NCBI RefSeq assembly: GCF_001194135.2
Contig: NC_068996.1
Coordinates: 38,386,681 to 38,423,962 of the forward strand
DNA length: 37,282 nucleotides
Origin: Octopus bimaculoides
Taxonomy: Eukaryota
Direction: 5' to 3'
Below, one piece after another: positions 23,613 to 33,960 of the stretch. Numbering within the stretch: the stretch's first letter is position 1; each line of letters opens with the position of its first letter. Under the pieces are notes generated by a model. The model saw only the letters and a program-made list of their open reading frames with translations. It was not told the DNA's origin and searched no databases. The translations under genes and the position numbers were made by a program.

Positions 23613-23790
23613 TTCATATGTATGTGTATGAATATGTTATATATACACACACACATATATAAATAGATAAATATGTGTATGTGCATATATGTGTTTATGT
23701 TCATATGTATTTGAATATAAGTGTGTGTGTATGTGTGTATCTATTTAAATGTACATATACGTGTGTGTATATCTATATATATCTGCGTCT

Positions 23791-24340
23791 TCATCATCAT
23801 CATCATCATCATCATCATCTTCTAGCGTCCGTTGTCCATGCTGGCATGAGTCGGACAGTTTGACCAGGCTGCAGCAGACCCCAGTCTGATTTGGCATGGT
23901 TTCTACACCTAGATGCCCTTCATAATGTCAACCACTCCAAGAGTGTAATGGGTGCTTTTACATGCCACCAGCACAGGTGCCATTTGCATGACACCAATAT
24001 CTGCCACGACTAAGATTTTACTTGGCTTGATGGGTGTTCTCAAGCATGGCATACTGCCAAAGGTCTCAGTCACTAGTCATTGCCTCCATGAAGTCAACAC
24101 ATGAAGGATGCTTTTTACATGCCACCAGTACAGGTGCCAGTTACGTGACACTGGCATAGGCAACATTGCCTACATGAGGTCCAACAGTCAAAAGGTGCAT
24201 TTTACATGCCACCGGCACAGGTGCCAGTTACAGGACACTAGCATAGCCACATTGTCTCTGTGAGGCCCAATGCTTGACAGGTATTTTTTATGTGCCACTG
24301 ACATAGGTAGCAGTTGCTGCTGTGAGGCCCAATGCTTGAT
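23791..24340 (-). mobile_element. RTE-derived 3' end with tandem upstream modules
   Basis: (CAT)n tail, RTE 3'UTR, an ORF2-end remnant (EAMTSD*DLWQYAMLENTHQAK*) and 3-4 modules of about 75-80 bp. Confidence 0.75.
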
Positions 24341-24834
24341 ATACATACATAAACATAAATGTGTATGTGTGTACACTTATTACGTCAATCTCTTTTCTAT
24401 ATTACTCTCTTTTCTATATTACTAGTTTTGTTATTTCTTCTCCCCTCCAACTATCTATAGGACTCTTGATTACTAACTATATATAAAGGCTTCATTGAAC
24501 TGTAAATTTTGTATTACTCATGTATAGAAAACTTGTGAGAAATTTTACTGTACAGGAAAATTTGTTGTAAGGTACTATATGGACAATGATAAGGTGTATA
24601 TCTCAAACTAACAAAAATAAATGATAACAGGTTTTATAAAAGCATTAAATAGGCAAGTTTTTATCAACATCAGACATTAAAAAAAATGTGATGAGTCATT
24701 TAAAATGAAATTTTTTATGGTGAATTTTCCTTTGGAAAAATTTTCTATAATCTGTTTAATTCTCTGTCTGAAGAATTTCTAATCAGAGATATTTTAGATG
24801 TTTTTCCTGCATGTAGAGCTTTGTAACTTCTGTG

Positions 24835-24913
24835 GCAAGTGCCTTCTACTATAGCCTCGGGCTGACCAAAGCCTTGCAAGTGGAAACTGAAAGAAGCCCA
24901 CCATATATACATG

Positions 24914-24966
<53 letters not shown>

Positions 24967-25164
24967 TACCCCACCATCACTTGACAACCGATGCTGGTGT
25001 GTTTAAATCTCTGTAACCTAGTGGTTCAGCAAAACAGACTGATAGAATAAGTACTAGGCTTACAAACAATAAGTCCTGGAGCGAGTGGTTCAACTAAAGG
25101 TGGTGATCCAAGATGGCCACAGTCAAATGACAACCAAGTAAAAGGGTTAAGAGAGAGTAAAAGA

Positions 25165-25165
<1 letters not shown>
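24835..25165 (+). mobile_element. 5'-truncated SINE family B
   Basis: ggcaagtgccttctactatagcctcgggctgaccaaagcc through the family tail. Confidence 0.8.
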
Positions 25166-25204
<39 letters not shown>

Positions 25205-25206
<2 letters not shown>

Positions 25207-25500
25207 TGTAAATTATAATAATGGTATTTATATAAGCTTAAAGCTTATACCAATTACTGTGCAATGACTAAAAAAAATAGTCTAATAATAGGACATATGA
25301 GCCCTTGACAGAAAAAAGTAGGTTTTCCCATTTCCCATCCATGTGAGTCTCAAAGGGTTCAAATCCCATGCAGATGGGAAAGCCTACTTCTTTCTGTTGA
25401 GGTCTTATATGCCCCATTATTAGACTATTTTCCTTAATCATTGCATGGTGATTGCTATAAGCCTTAAGCTTGTATAAATACCATTATTATTATTTACAGG
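25205..25500. mobile_element. About 296-bp foldback (palindromic) MITE
   Basis: Arms of about 120 bp (CCTGTAAATTATAATAATGGTATTTAT... / ...ATAAATACCATTATTATTATTTACAGG) pair along their length around a central spacer of about 50 nt. Confidence 0.8.
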
Positions 25501-25586
25501 ACTGTAAAACTCAGCACCATATAACAAAACCATTTGCATATATATATTTATTAATGATATGTATATATATATATATATATATATAT

Positions 25587-26058
25587 CATCATCATCATCA
25601 TCATCATCATCATCGTTTAACGTCCGCTTTCCATGCTAGCATGGGTTGGACGATTTGACTGAGGACTGGTGCAACCGGATGGCAACACCAGGCTCCAATC
25701 TAATTTGGCAGAGTTTCTACAGCTGGATGCCCTTCCTAACGCCAACCACTCAGAGAGTGTAGTGGGTGCTTTTACATGTCACCCGCACGAAAACGGCCAC
25801 GCTCGAAATGGTGTCTTTTATGTGCCACCCGCACAAGAGCCAGTCCAGGGGCACTGGCAACGATCTCGCTCGAAAACCCTACGAGGCCAGTCAGGCAGTA
25901 CTGGCAACGGTCACGCTCAGGATGGTACATCTTATGTGCCACCCGCACAAGAGCCAGTCCAGGGGCACTGGCAACGATCTCACTTGGCTTGCCGGGTCTT
26001 CTCACGCACAGCACATTTCCAAAGGTCTCGGTCAGTAGTCATCGCCTCGGTGAGGCCC
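25587..26058 (-). mobile_element. Young 5'-truncated RTE LINE with 15-bp TSD
   Basis: Minus frame GLTEAMTTDRDLWKCAVREKTRQAK*, then a modular 3'UTR and (GAT)n tail. TSD atttattaatgatat at 25546-25560 and 26059-26073. Confidence 0.88.
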
Positions 26059-26111
26059 ATTTATTAATGATATATATGTATTTATTTATTGTATATATAT
26101 ATATTAATAAC

Positions 26112-26512
26112 AGGTGCAGGTGTGGCTGTATGGTAAGTAGCTTGCTTACCAACCACACAGTTCTGGCTTCAGTCCCACTGTGGCACCTTGGGCAAGTGTC
26201 TTCGACTATAGCCTTGGGCTGACCAAAGCCTTGTGAGTGGATTTGGTAGATAGAAATTGAAAGAAGCCTGTCATATATATATATATATTTATATATATAA
26301 GTATATGTGTTTGTCTGCCTTTGTACCCCTGCCATTGCTTGACAACTGATGTTTGTTTGTTTACGTCACTGTGACTTAGCAGTTTGGCTAAGAGACTTAT
26401 AGAATAAGTACTAGGCTTACAAAGAATAAGTTCTGGGGTTGGTTTGTTCAACTAAAAACGGTGCTCCAGCATGGCCACAGTCAAATGACAGAAACAAATA
26501 ACAGAATAAAAA
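26112..26512 (+). mobile_element. SINE family B, CpG-decayed
   Basis: Full-length match to the reverse complement of 17170-17551, with CG>TG/CA changes. Confidence 0.88.
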
Positions 26513-26540
26513 ATTATTAATAATAATAATAATGATAATC

Positions 26541-27168
26541 ATCATCATCATCATCATCATCGTTTAACATCCACTTTCCATGCTAGCATGAGTTGAACGA
26601 TTTGACAGGACTGGTGAAACCAGATGGCTACACCAGGCTCCAATCTGATTTGGCAGAGTTTCTACAGCTGGATGCCCTTCCGAACACCAACCAGTGTGAG
26701 AGTGTAGTGGGTGCTATTACGTACCACCAGCACGAAGGCCAGTCAGGTGGTACTGGCAACAACCACACTCAAAATAGTGTATTTTACGTGCTACCTGCAC
26801 AGGAGCCAGTCCAGGGGCACTGGCAACGACTTCGCTCGAATGTTTTTTCATGTGCAAGTAAGGTGACGCTAGTAACGATCACGCTCAAATGGCTATTTAC
26901 GTGCCACTGGCACAGAAGCCAGACAGCTGCTCTGGCAATGATCATGCTTGGACGGTGCTCTTAGCGCTCCACTGGTACAGGTGCCATCACGATTTTGATT
27001 TTACTTGCTCCAACAGGTCTTCGCAACCTGAGTTTAGTATCCAATGAAGGAGAGGCTGGCATGGGTGCCAGTCGTTGAATTTGGTTCGATTTCGATTTCA
27101 CTTGCCTCAACAGGTCTTTGCAAGCGCAGTTTAGTGTCCAATGAAGGAAAGGTACACATAAGTGGGCA
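26541..27168 (-). mobile_element. RTE-derived 3' end with extended modular UTR
   Basis: (CAT)n tail, RTE 3'UTR, GCCAGT..ACTGGC hairpin modules, and two copies of an ORF2-stop-like segment (gaagacctgttgaggcaagtgaaatcg). Confidence 0.8.
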
Positions 27169-27229
27169 TTTATTTATTAATNNNNNNNNNNATATATATA
27201 GATATATATATATATATAGAGAGAGAGAG

Positions 27230-27556
27230 AGGTGCAGGAGTGGCTGTGTGGTAAGTAGCTTTCTTAGCAACCACTTGGTTCTAGGTTCAGTCCCACTGCA
27301 TGGCACCTTAGGCAAGTGTCTTCTACTCTTGCCTCGAGGTGACCAAAGCTTTGTGAGTGAATTTAGTAGATGGAAACTGAAAGAAGCCCATCGTATACAT
27401 ATATATATATGTATGTATGTATATGTTTGTGTGTCAATGTTTGTCCCCACAACATCGCTTGACAACCGATGCTGGTGTGTTTACATCCATGTAACTTAGC
27501 AGTCTGGCAAAAGAGAGTGATAGAATAAGTCAAATGACTGAAACAAATAAAAGAAT
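27230..27556 (+). mobile_element. SINE family B with an internal deletion in the tail
   Basis: Head, CORE-like segment and (AT)n middle are present. The tail jumps from gatagaataag to tcaaatgactg. Confidence 0.85.
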
Positions 27557-27557
27557 A

Positions 27558-28215
27558 TATCAAAGTCAGTGAAAAGTAAGCAGCGTTTTGAACCATGAAG
27601 AATTTGTGCTGGATTTTTGCAGAGTTTTGAATTTGTTTTAAACAAATTTTTTTGCAATTATCTGATAATACAGACAGACTTGCTCAAATGCATCAATAAA
27701 TTAACATTGATGTTTTTTTCACCGTTGTTACAATTATCTGTCAAAGCGCAATATTTGAGCAATTTTGCTATTCAGCTTCAGAAAAGAATGTAAAGCAGCT
27801 GAAACTGCTCGTGATATCAATGAAATGTTTGGTGACGAAATGACCAGTGAGTGGTCAGCTTGAAAATGGTTTAAACGACTTTTCAGTGGAGACCTGAGTC
27901 TTAAAGATTGTGAGCATAGTGAATACCCATCTGTCATCGATGACGGTCAATTAAAGACCGTCATTGAGAAAGATCCACGTAAAACCACTCAAGAACTTCA
28001 AGTTAGCCAGAAAACTGCTTGCAACCATTTGCATGTGATCAGAAAATCAAGAAAGCTCAACAAATGGGTATCACATGATTTGAATGAAAATCAGAAAATG
28101 CACAGATATGAAATTTGCTCGTTGCTTCTTCTCTGTAACCAGACTGATCCATTTCTCAACCATATTGTTACTTGTGATAAAAAGTGGATTCTGTAAATAA
28201 TAAAAGACGTTCTTA
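27558..28215 (+). mobile_element. Mariner transposon remnant (left TIR-like end plus N-terminal transposase pseudogene)
   Basis: AILLFSFRKECKAAETARDINEMFG...KWFKRLFSGDLSLKD...IEKDPRKTTQEL...LNKWVSHDLNENQK...DPFLNHIVTCDKKWIL contains the WVPHEL and TGDEKW-like mariner motifs. TIR-like tatcaaagtcagtgaaaagtaagcagcgtttt at the start. Confidence 0.88.
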
Positions 28216-28397
28216 AAAAAAAATAAAAGTATTGTTCTTGCTATTCAAAAATCTAAGACCAGTTCAAACCATTCACCCCTAAATAACAATGTTAAAAGAA
28301 CTATTTCAAGATGATGATCAGTAATTTCAAGCAATTCTTTCAAAAAATACCAAGAGCAGAAATATATTCCTATTGAAAAATATACTTTGCAGAACTA

Positions 28398-28821
28398 TTA
28401 TCCCTTTGGCATTTAAAACAGCCATATCCAGCCCAAATATTCTAACTGTGTTTTTGTTGAAACTGACTGGATCCTGTCTCTCACACTTATTCTACAATCA
28501 CATCTTCAAAATCTCAAAGCTACAAGATAATATGTGATTAATTCAAAACAATGTGAATAAATAAGCATTACATTTGACAGTATAATCTGAATGCTAAAGG
28601 GTTAAATCAGCCACAACCAGCTCAAATATTCTATCTTTTTTATGTTGAAACTGGCCAGATCCAGCCTCTTACACTTACCCTACAATGTTAATCTAAAAAT
28701 AAACAATCCCATCTTTAAAATCTTGAAGCCACAAGATAATACATGATTAATTTTTTTTTTTTTTAAATGTGAATAAATCAACATTACATTTGACAAAGTA
28801 ATTTGAATGTTAAACGATTAA
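28398..28821. mobile_element. Tandem pair of piggyBac-like (TTAA) MITEs
   Basis: ttatCCCTTTGGCATT...AATGCTAAAGGGttaa (28605), then a second body ending aatgttaaacgattaa (28821). Confidence 0.72.
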
Positions 28822-29200
28822 GGTAGACACTTAAAAAAAAAGTAAAGAAAAAGAAAAGGCAGCTATGTCATGTCATGGTAGTGTACTTAGTTATGTTTCT
28901 TGAATAGTAGCTTTTTAGTTAATCAGCTAGCATGGGAAAAGCAAACATTTAACTAAATCTGATGTTTTGCTAATACAATTAATGATAATAACAGTTAATG
29001 ATGGAGCTGATGCTGGCATTGAAACATGATTATCTTCTGCTTTACATTAACGTTCTTTCAGGAATGAAACAAGTTCCATTAGGCTGTATATTTCACTCTA
29101 CATACTCTGTACATTTTACATTTTCTGTTCTGTAGTTTTGGCAAAACATCACTAGATGAATAATTCTCAGTAACTTTCTTCAATTATTTTATTTTCTAAG

Positions 29201-29349
29201 GTTCCCTTTGCTAGATACGTGAAACGTAAACGCATTCAAAATTTGAAGTGTTATAATATTGACAGAGTCTTCCATGTAAAGTTACCTGGGTTACAACCTA
29301 AAGAAGTTATTGAATGCAGTGTAGATATTGTAACACCTTCAAAGGAAAG
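29201..29349 (+). CDS. EIF2AK4: GCN2 internal exon, HisRS-like motif 2 region
   Basis: ttttctaag acceptor, 149 nt, phase 0/2, donor AG|gtaagg. Translates to VPFARYVKRKRIQNLKCYNIDRVFHVKLPGLQPKEVIECSVDIVTPSKE, versus human IPFARYVARNNILNLKRYCIERVFRPRKLDRFHPKELLECAFDIVT. In frame with the previous exon. Confidence 0.92.
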
Positions 29350-29689
29350 GTAAGGTCTGATTTATTCCCAAGTCTTTCTTCTTGGGTAGTTAGAATGATG
29401 CACATGTGAGATTTTAACTTTGTTTTTTTCAGTACAGTTTGTGAGTAGTGTGATACTTAAGTATATGGTGTCTAAAGGCATGTTGTGTTTGGAGAGGGGC
29501 ATGTGAGGATTAGTGTTATCAAGGCTAATTCTAAAGTTTTTCAGGCTGTGCATAGAATAATGATGCTACTTCACTCAGACTTTTAGTGGAATTTAAAATT
29601 GCTCAGTTTCCAGATTCTGGAGATTAGGCAGTGTTGGGTACAAGTAGCTTGTGAGTGCAGTGATTTCTTCAGGTGTTTGAAACAAATAT

Positions 29690-30031
29690 AACCCCTGGGG
29701 GTCATTGCAAGCAAAGTAGTAAATTGGGGATCCACAGTAGTATTTTAAGGGTCCATGATATAATTTTGCTTCTGATATATTTATTGCAAGAAACAGCTAG
29801 GTTTCCTTCTTTAATGTTTTACATAGTTCAATGTTTCCAGCTACTGAAACACATTTTCTCAGAGAGTGCTATTGCAAACTTATACAAGTGAACATGTGAA
29901 AAACAAAAATAGGAATTTTGAAAGAAGTTTCTATAAAACTAGTTTTTAAACATAGAATGGCTATGTGGATCCACCAGAATAAAATAGTAATCAAAGGAGT
30001 CCATAGATAAAAAAATGGTTGAGAATCTCTG
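29690..30031. mobile_element. hAT-Charlie MITE, same family as 13936-14259
   Basis: Shared interior (ataggaattttgaaagaagt..ctataaa.ctagtttt). Right TIR gttgagaatctctg followed by gtctagat, a Charlie-type NTCTAGAN site. Confidence 0.7.
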
Positions 30032-30463
30032 GTCTAGATGGACTGTATATACTTTATATTTGTATTCTTGTCTTGTTTAATGAAAGCATTTGTTTGATGT
30101 GCATTTGTTATCAAGAGTTGTTATTATGATGTGAGGCATGGCCATTGTTAAGTTTATCTTCTGCACATTTCTGTCATTGGACTATGATTAAGGGCCATGC
30201 TGGAGTACTGCCTTGAAGGGTCTTCAACTTTGTAGAGTAGAAGGCCCCACCAACAATTGGGTCCCACATTTCCTAGCACTGGCCCTGCATGTACGCGGAC
30301 TTCTATATCTGTATCTATGTATCTGTTTATATAAACAATTATGATTATTCTTGTAGTTATGTATACAAATTTGTTTATATATGCAACTATCACCATTCTG
30401 AATATCATTGTCATCACCACCACCACCACCACCTTTAAATTTTTTTTTTTTTTTCAATTTCAG

Positions 30464-30530
30464 TTCTTTTCCTGAAGGAGAACTATTATATATTCTTCAA
30501 AATGTGATAAGTAAATTTCCTATATTACGT
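30464..30530 (+). CDS. EIF2AK4: GCN2 internal exon
   Basis: Poly-T tract plus tttcag acceptor, 67 nt, phase 2/0, donor |gtaagt. Translates to (S)SFPEGELLYILQNVISKFPILR, versus human SFLPTAEIIYTIYEIIQEFPALQ. Phase matches the preceding donor. Confidence 0.88.
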
Positions 30531-30734
30531 GTAAGTTCATTATTATTTTACAACGTTTTATGCATTTGTATGTATGTATGTGTATGTAAACCATAACAAA
30601 ACAGAAAAAATTGGTATCTAACATAAACCAAAAACTGAGTGGTAAAAATATGCGTGTGCATGTTTGAAGAGCGATAAGTGATATCATAATGGAGAGATCC
30701 ATCCATGATAAAAGGAGAAAGTGTTGGATGATTG

Positions 30735-31510
30735 GGGTGTTTTATTCTTCTTTTTACTTGTTTTAGTCATTGGGCTGTAACCATACTGGGGCACTGCCTT
30801 GAAAGATTTAGTCTAACAGATCAACCCCAGTACTTACTGTTTCTTAAGCCTGGTGCTTATTCTGTAGATATCTTTTGCCAAACTGCTAAGTTAAAGAAAA
30901 GTAAACATAGGTGCAGGCATGGCTATGTGGTAAGAAGCTTGCTTCTCAGCGACGTGGTTCCGGGTCCAGTCCCACTGTGTGGCACCTTGGGCAAGTGTCT
31001 TCTACTATAGCCTTGGGCTGATCAAAGCCTTGTGAGTGGATTTGGCAGATGGAAACTGAAAGAAGCCCATTGTATATATATATATGTATGTATTTATTTG
31101 TGTGTGTGTGTGTGTGTCTGTGTTTGTCCCCCTGCCATAACTTGACAACCGATGCTGGTGTGTTTATGTCTCCATAACTTAGCATTTTGGCAAAAGAGAC
31201 TGATAGAATAAGTATTAGGCTTTCAAAGAATAAGTCCAGGGTTGACTCTAAGGCTGTGCTCCAGCATGGCCACAATTAAACATATATTAAACAATTAAAC
31301 AATTAAAAGAATAAAAGGATAAAACAATACCAAAACTGGTTGTCAGGCAATGGTGGAAGATAAACACAAATACACAAACACACATATATATATTCAGCAG
31401 GCTTCTTTCAGTTTCTGTCTACCAAATCCACTCACAAGGCTTTGGTTGGTTTGAGGCTATAGTAGAAGACACTTGCTGAAGGTGTGCCATGCACTTGGAC
31501 TGAACCATGC
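30735..31510. mobile_element. Nested SINE family B: a + copy (30909-31320) inserted into a - copy
   Basis: The minus-copy tail lies at 30735-30906 and its remaining body and head at 31325-31510, bracketing a full + copy. Confidence 0.75.
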
Positions 31511-31630
31511 CTATGTCTGTTTATATATTTTTTTTAATCATTTGAAGAGATATCATGATATCATACCTATGATTGTCATAGGTATTTCTTAGACTGGTAA
31601 GCTCAGTTTTTTTAAAATTGTAGTCTAGAA

Positions 31631-31810
31631 CAGTGCTCCAAAACCGGTATGTCACTGGTGTGCCATGAGACGATGCTAGGTGTGCCACAGTATAAGCTGA
31701 ATATAATTTCTTTTCCCTATACTTTTAGTTATATTTTTAGTTCAGGTATGCTGCTGAATTTTGCAATGAATATAAGTGTACCACAAGTGGAAAAAATTTG
31801 CATAGCACTG
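31631..31810. mobile_element. 180-bp hAT-Charlie MITE with TSD
   Basis: CAGTGCTCCAAA...TTTGCATAGCACTG termini, flanked by gtctagaa (31623-31630) and gtcaagaa (31811-31818). Confidence 0.8.
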
Positions 31811-32181
31811 GTCAAGAAGAAGGGGTTTCCATGACACTTTCCAGAGTTTCAAGACTGGAGATATATAAAATGAAGGAGTTATCCTTAGATTGGAGGGAGA
31901 TGCGGCCTGAATGCTTGAAACAAAATTGATTCTGCTAAAGGCATCAAAGGTGGTGATGTTAAACTGCCCACCAAAAAACAAGAATAGTTCTTCTCACATA
32001 TTTCCACACTATTTCTTCTCTACCAATTTTTACTAATATGGCTTTGGTTGACCTGGAGCTATAGTCAACTGAATGCTGCACAGTAGGATCAAATCCAAAA
32101 TCACAATAAAATCAAAGTTGTGAAGTAAATTTCTTGGCAATGTAGCCATGTGTGTTAGCTATTAGTTTATATTAAGTATGA

Positions 32182-32392
32182 AAGGCAACAAACTGGCAGA
32201 GATGTTAGCTCGCCAGGCAAAATGCTTAGCAATATTTATGTTCTGAGTTCAAATTCTGCCGAGGTTAACTTTGCTTTTCATCCTTTCAGGGTCAATAAAT
32301 TAAGTTCCAGTATATGCACTGAGGTCAATCTAATCGACTGGTCCCCTCCCCTAAAATTTTGGGCCTTGTGCCTGGAGTAGAAAAGAATATTA
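32182..32392 (+). mobile_element. SINE family A, CpG-decayed
   Basis: Head aaggcaacaaactggcag, B box gagttcaaattc and body gaggttaactttgcttttcatcctttcagggtcaataaat. Confidence 0.82.
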
Positions 32393-32759
32393 AGAATATT
32401 AATGTAAAATTTGAATGAAATCGGTTGGATAGTTCTTGAGTTTTAGTGATGCACAAATACAGACAGTCAGACAGATTCACATTCTCAGTTTATATATATA
32501 TATATATATANNNNNNNNNNAACCTTGGGAGAGGCATTATGCCGGTAATAAACACACGCACTGGTTCAGTCCTTTATTAATTTATATAGTTTTTTGTTAA
32601 ATTATTTCATTGCACTCTTGCAATCTTTTCAGTAACTTGTCTCTCCACTTCCATTTATTTCAACACACGTATCCACATCAAGAATCTTGCACACGAAATA
32701 CACATACGAAATATATATATATACTTTATTATTATTAAAGCTGCAATGACGTTTTGCAA

Positions 32760-33960
32760 ACAACTTGCACATGCAAGTACTACCAGTTGAGAACTCTGCA
32801 CACTGGAAGCCAGCAAGTGTATGGGGTCATCAGGAGAGAATGGGTGTTGTTTCGGGGCTTACCTCTCGATGGCATCAATGTACACCAATCTCACTGATAT
32901 GAGGCCCCACTTGCTAGATCAACTGGTTATCAAATAAAGCTCAATATTCCTCTAGCCTTCGCTCATCATCTCTTTTATAACCAAATCCAGTGACTAGCCT
33001 TTACCACTGTAGTTTGGATATTGGTCATGGTGGTATTTACTTTACAATGAGTTAGGTCTAACGATAACAACAGTTGTCTCACACTGTGTCCAACAGACAC
33101 CCTACATATGACTTCGATTGGAAAATGCTCCGCTTTCCAGCCTGTGTATGCACATTCCTTGAGAAGGTTTATATAACGGTCAATCTTTCGAACCCAAGTG
33201 GCATCCATGTTATCTTCATGAAGAACTGTTAACTCAACTAGATTCACACCACATTAAAATGTCCAGTTTTTTTGTAACTGGGATGGGAAAGACTCCCTGG
33301 CACCCTGGTAAATCTGCAGTGACCTCCCAATAGCCGTTCCACTTTTCATCACTCACAGGAAGTTTGTTGTTCTTCTTGAAACGGATCCGCTGTCCTGAGT
33401 GCGCGAAGATAATGAAATCTTTAGTTGGTACTTTCAACGTTTTGTTTTCACTGTTGTTGAGATCAATTTGGTTCTTTATAGCATTGAAGATAACCTTAAG
33501 GACCAGGTTGTGTCCCCATGTATACCTGTTCAATGCTAATGAACAGTTGGAAAGAATATATTTCAGTGTTCCGACCTTTCCACATTTGCATATATCATTC
33601 TCTGAGACGTTCCATCTTACTAGATTTGCAGGTAATGGCAAAACATCATAGGATGACTGAATCACAAAACTTAGCCGAGATGTGGTTTACCTCCATATCT
33701 TATTTTCCTCTCAACAACATGTTCCTCCCATCTCGTCATCTGTCCTTGTTGAATGCATTGGATCAAATGAAGCTCTCTTCTATCTGCTTCCCTCGTTTTG
33801 ATGCTGTTGCTAACAACAGATCTGCATTCACTCTGCATCATACTTGCAAACGGTCTGAACCGATCTACCCCAAAACCAAGTCCCTTCTAATGAATTTGCA
33901 TCACAAAAGTATCACAATAAACTGCTATTCGGAGTTTCATGTTTCCGTTCATCGGACAGT
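32760..33960 (-). mobile_element. 5'-truncated HERO-clade non-LTR retrotransposon (zinc knuckle, REL endonuclease, structured 3'UTR)
   Basis: QQGQMTRWEEHVVERKI; IQSSYDVLPLPANLVRW...CKCGKVGTLKYILSNC...RYTWGHNLVL; LVELTVLHED...RKIDRY...GWKAEHFPIEVICR...ASHWIWL. These match recalled HERO motifs (SVYDVLPSP.NL..W, RY.WRHD.VL, ELTVPWE, GW.....VEVGCRG, ASRWLWL). Contains frameshifts. Confidence 0.85.

Noticed and set aside
23990-24340. Regular repeat-spacer-like pattern
   Set aside because: Not CRISPR: eukaryotic context, no cas genes, the spacers are homologous to each other, and the units derive from the RTE 3' end.
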